NCBI GenBank assembly: GCA_051313645.2
Contig: JBNRSN020000003.1
Location: forward strand, 19,964,001-20,028,000
Direction: 5' to 3'
DNA: 64,000 nucleotides
Source of the DNA: Centroscyllium fabricii
Taxonomy: Eukaryota
Both the position numbers and the translations under genes were made by a program. Below are positions 59,837 to 64,000 of the stretch, piece after piece. A model generated the notes under the pieces. That model did no database searches and had not been told where the DNA came from. It saw nothing but the letters and a program-made list of their open reading frames with translations. Each line of letters begins with the position of its first letter. The stretch's first letter is position 1.

Positions 59837-60124
59837 TTTTATGCTGAGAGAGAGAGAAACTAGCAAGGAGGCTCACATTTAAAAGGTAGGCCAAATCAAG
59901 AAACTAGCAGAGGCCAGAAATACTGGAGTTCAAAGTCACCTCTTCTCAACTGCAGCCCAAATTAAGTAATTCCCCATGGATATGACAGAGAACGTGCAGT
60001 TGCACTGTGCACAAGTATAAATGTGTGCCTAAATACAAAGTTCATTGCAAGAGTTCAAAAGGGCCGTTTTTAGCAACCATGTATGTTTAAAAAACATTCT
60101 AAATTGAACAGTTAAATGGCTTTC

Positions 60125-60960
60125 CAACAACTTGCATTTATATAGCGCCTTTAACGTAGTAAAACGTCCCATGGTGCTTCACAGTAGTGTTATCAAACAA
60201 AATTTGACCCTGAGCCACATAAGGAGATATTAGGACAAGTCAAATAGGTTGGTTTTAAGGAGAGCCTTAAAGGGAGAGAGAGAGAGACACAGAGAGGTTT
60301 AGGGAGGGAATTCCAGAACTTAGTGCCTAGGCAGCTGAAGGAATGGCCGCCAATGGTGGAGTGATTAAAATCGGAGATAAGAACATAAGAACATAAGAAA
60401 TAGGAGCAGGAGTCGGCCAATCGGCCCCTCGAGCCTGCTCCGCCATTCAACAAGATCATGGCTGATCTGATCCGAACCTCAATTTTATTTTTACTCGCCA
60501 CCCCGCCCAGACCCATGTGATCACCTGGGAGAGGCGAAAAACCAGATTTTAAAAACCAGTAGCCAATTTGGGAGAAAAAAATCAGGAAAATTCCTCTCCG
60601 ACCCATCTAGGCGATCGAAAACTGGTCCAGGAGATCACATGGCCGATCTGAAACTAGCCTCACGTCCACTTACCTGCCCGCTCACCAGAACCCCTAGTTC
60701 CCTTTAATTACAGGAAACTGTCTATCTCAGTTTTAAATTTATTCAACGTAGTAGCTTCCACAGCTCTCTGGGGCAGCAAATTCCACAGCCCCACCACCCT
60801 CTGAGTGAAGAAGTTTCTCCTCATCTCAGTTTGATGCTCAAGAGGCTAGAATATCTCTGAGGGCTGTAGGAAGTTACAGAGATAGGGAGGGGGGAAGCGA
60901 TGGAGAGATTTGAAAACAAGGACGAGAATTTTTAATTCGAGGCGTTGCAGCGTTGCTTAA
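60125..60960 (-). mobile_element. L2-like LINE 3' fragment split by a CR1 3' end (60378-60832, - strand)
   Basis: Matches 14055-14490 on both sides of the CR1 insert. Confidence 0.8.
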
Positions 60961-61132
60961 TCCATGGACATTATAAGACCTTGACACACTTGCGACAGCT
61001 TCCTAGATTTATTCAACAGCAGATGCTGCTGGAATTTCTTCCGCCCAATACACAAACAAAAATGCACAATTCATTTAGAGTTATGATGTAGTGAGTCTTC
61101 TGTCATGTTACTGAAAATACTTCCTTAACTCA

Positions 61133-61234
<102 letters not shown>

Positions 61235-61469
61235 CTACCAACACAAATTATAAAGCAATATTGTTATATTCGCCACTGGATTTCAACTGTCTTAACCTTT
61301 AATGTATTTTTCCAGTCCACTTTAGCCAGTTCTGCCTTCATGCCATTGTCTTTGTTTAAGATCAGGCCACTGGTTTGAGGTACAACTTTCTCACCCTCCA
61401 GATGAATTTGAAATTCAACTATGTTATGATCACTCTTTCAGAGATGATCCTTTACTGTGAGATTATGTA

Positions 61470-61960
61470 CAGGTTGAGCACCGGTAATCCAGCACCCGAT
61501 GGTCCGGCAGCTTCAGTGGTCCAGCACGATTGGAAACTGGCGCTCTTCAATTTGCGGAGCAGCAGCTCGGCGGCGCCACTGTTTCCCGCGAAGGGCGAGC
61601 GAGCGGCAAAGGCGTCAGGCGTTTGGGTTTCTGTTTTTTTAGGTTTTGTCAGTGTTCTAACCCCAGGCTCCCTCCCGGGGAGTGTTCTACCCTCGGGCTC
61701 CCTCCCGGGGAGTGTTCTACCCCCGGACTCCCTCCCGGGGAGTGTTCTACCCCCGGACTCCCTCCCGGGGAGTGTTCTACCCCCGGACTCCCTCCTGGGG
61801 AGTGTTCTACCCCCGGGCTCCCTCCCGGGGAGTGTTCTACCCCCGGGCTCCCTCCCGGGGAGTGTTCTACCCCCGGGCTCCCTCCCGGGGAGTGTTCTAC
61901 CCCCAGGCTCCCTCCCGGGGAGTGTTCTACCCCCAGGCTCCCTCCCAGGGAGTGTTCCAT
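61470..61960. mobile_element. Tigger-like MITE, right end missing, ending in a 30-bp minisatellite
   Basis: TA plus CAGGTTGAGCACCGGTAATCC, collinear with the 50619 copy. About 10 units of AGTGTTCTACCCCCGGGCTCCCTCCCGGGG at 61651-61960. Confidence 0.88.
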
Positions 61961-62660
61961 TCTCACCCAGAAGATTATAGCAATAAGCAGACCGTGTGTT
62001 TATTTATACATTGTTGCAGAGCTTACCACTTAAGAGTGACAACATGATTAGTTCCTATTCATAAGACCGTTTTAACTAAATCTTGCAATACAGCGTCAAT
62101 AGTGAGAGTTACTGAACACATGCAGTTTATTTTAAGCAGAAAGCATGCACAGTTCACGAGAGTCCTCCAGAACAAACAATTTGTGTTTACATTTGACCAG
62201 TTTACAGTCGGGAGGATCCCCCAGATTAGTCCCCACCCACTTTCTGAAACTTCACTAATCGCCCGCACCCCCCAAAAAGGAATGGTTACAGATTTTTTTT
62301 TTCCCCTGAGATATTGCTCCAGAGTCTCTTCCAGCAGGGAAGAGACAATGTTTTTAGATTCAGCAGACTCACCTTGTAGACAATCCCCCTGGTAGCTCAG
62401 ACAGTTTATCTAGTGCACAGCTGAGCCGTAAAACCACAAGGACCCAGATTCGATCGCCAGCCTGTGCTGAGCAGAGGTAGCGGCAAAGGCAACAACTTCC
62501 ATTTATATTGTGCTTGGAATAAATGGCTCTTTTTCCGAGTGGCAACAGTGACTAGTGGGGTTCCGCAGGGATCGGTCCTTGGACCCCAGCTATTCACAAT
62601 GCATATTCATGATCCAGAAGAGGGAACTAGATGGAATATCTCCACGTTTGCAGACGACAC

Positions 62661-63635
62661 ACAGAAGATAGGAGCAGGAGTCGGCCATTCGGCCCCTCGA
62701 GCCTGCTCCGCCATTCAATGCGATCATGGCTGATTATCCAAACTCAGTACCCTGTCCCTGCCTTCTCCCCGTATCCCTTGATCCCTTTAGCCTTAAGGAA
62801 TATATCCAACTCCTTCTTGAATATATTTAATGAACTGGCCTCCACCGCCCTCTGTGGCAGAGAATTCCACAGGTTCACCACTCTCTGGGTGAAGAAATTC
62901 CTCCTCATCTCTGTCCTAAATGGCTTACCCCTTATCCTTAGACTGTGTCCCCTGGTTCTGGACTCCCCCACCATCAGGAACATCCTTCCTGCATCCAGTC
63001 TGTCTAGTCCTGTTAGAATTTTATAAGTTTCAATGAGATCCCCTCTCATTCTTCTCAACTCCAGCGAGTATAAGCCCAATCGACCCAATCTCTCCTCATA
63101 CGTCATTCCTGCCATCCCAGGTATCAGCCTGGTGAATCTTCGCTGAACTCCTTCCATGGCAAGAACATCTTTCCTTAGATAAGGTGACCAAAACTGCACA
63201 CAGTACTCAAGATGTGGTCTCACCAAGGCCCCGTACAACATCAGCAAGACATCCTTGTTCCTGTACGCAAACCCACTCACTACGAAGGCCAACATACCAT
63301 TTGCCTTCTTCACTACCTGCTGCGCCTGCATGCTTACCTTCAGCGACTGGTGCACAAGGACACCCAGGTCTCGTTGCACTTCCCCTTCTCCCAATCTATT
63401 GCCATTCAGATAATAATCTGCCTTCTTGTTTTTGACGCCAAAGTGGATAACCTCGCATTTATCCACGTAAAATTGCATCTGCCATGCTTCTGCCCAATCA
63501 CCCAACCTGTTCAAATCATACTGGAGTTTCTCGGCATCCTCCTCACAGCACACACGCCCACCCAGCTTTGTGTCATCTGCAAACTTGGAGATATTACATC
63601 TAGTTCCCTCGTCCAGATCATCTATATATATTGTG
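62661..63635 (-). mobile_element. CR1/HER1-like LINE, 5'-truncated, open frame
   Basis: ORF 62744..63646 (KFADDTK...GIKGYGEKAGTGY) and 3' UTR. It abuts a short + strand CR1 piece at about 62540-62660. Confidence 0.93.
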
Positions 63636-64000
63636 AGATTGAACATGACCCTTTGTTATCTAATCGCAGGGATTGGTGGGGGGGGGGGCGGGAACACATA
63701 TTTCACCTAGTCTGGGTCATCTTCAGTGGGGAACCCAGACTAATGTCTTTATGATTCCAGTGCTGTCCTGTACTCAGTGAATTGATCTATTCTGATGGAA
63801 GGCAGCTTACTAGCTATTAGGTTTGCTCATTATGGCAACTGAAGAGTTCTATTTCTTCTCATTTAGTTTTCCTATTGTTAACTTGCAATCCATTAGTTTT
63901 CAAGTCTCCACCTCCGCTGCTGTCATTTCTCCCGCCATTTTATTTGGGAGTAGTCAGAGGAAGTCACAAATCCAGATCTGATCCTTTTGCATTTGAAGGT

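Noticed and set aside
62540-63635. Twin-priming 5' inversion of a CR1
   Set aside because: The + fragment abuts the 3' tail of the minus copy, not its 5' end, so two separate insertions are more likely.

Overview
This is eukaryotic DNA, not prokaryotic. The HE1-type V-SINEs and HER1/CR1 LINEs point to a shark or ray; the species cannot be determined from this window. The window lies inside one gene, NEK1 (or a close NEK1 paralog), on the minus strand. Nine GT-AG exons join in frame (61151-61234, 54595-54662, 46432-46518, 46240-46294, 40304-40504, 33402-33468, 16059-16207, 3844-3903, 3264-3323). They encode the kinase domain from just before the catalytic loop into the coiled-coil region; I found neither the start nor the end of the gene here. 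The introns consist largely of transposable elements: a full-length Gypsy provirus (236-bp LTRs, tRNA-Trp PBS, TTAC TSD) hit twice by one hAT family, three solo LTRs, many CR1, L2, Rex1 and RTEX-like LINE pieces, Penelope fragments with minimal hammerhead motifs, three SINE families, Tigger-like MITEs and Harbinger-like elements. Most ORFs in the supplied track are TE remnants or repeat artefacts. I see no new protein-coding system. The most unusual signals are a composite hAT with one left end, three right ends and cargo; a strand-biased, T-to-C-shifted Penelope palindrome inside a MITE; short non-coding Rex1-tailed retroelements with a YY1-type head; a structured module inside CR1 3' UTRs; NRF1/YY1-motif-dense MITEs that seed minisatellites; and a 1.55-kb palindrome. 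All family names come from motif recognition without a database search. TE boundaries lacking TSDs are approximate.
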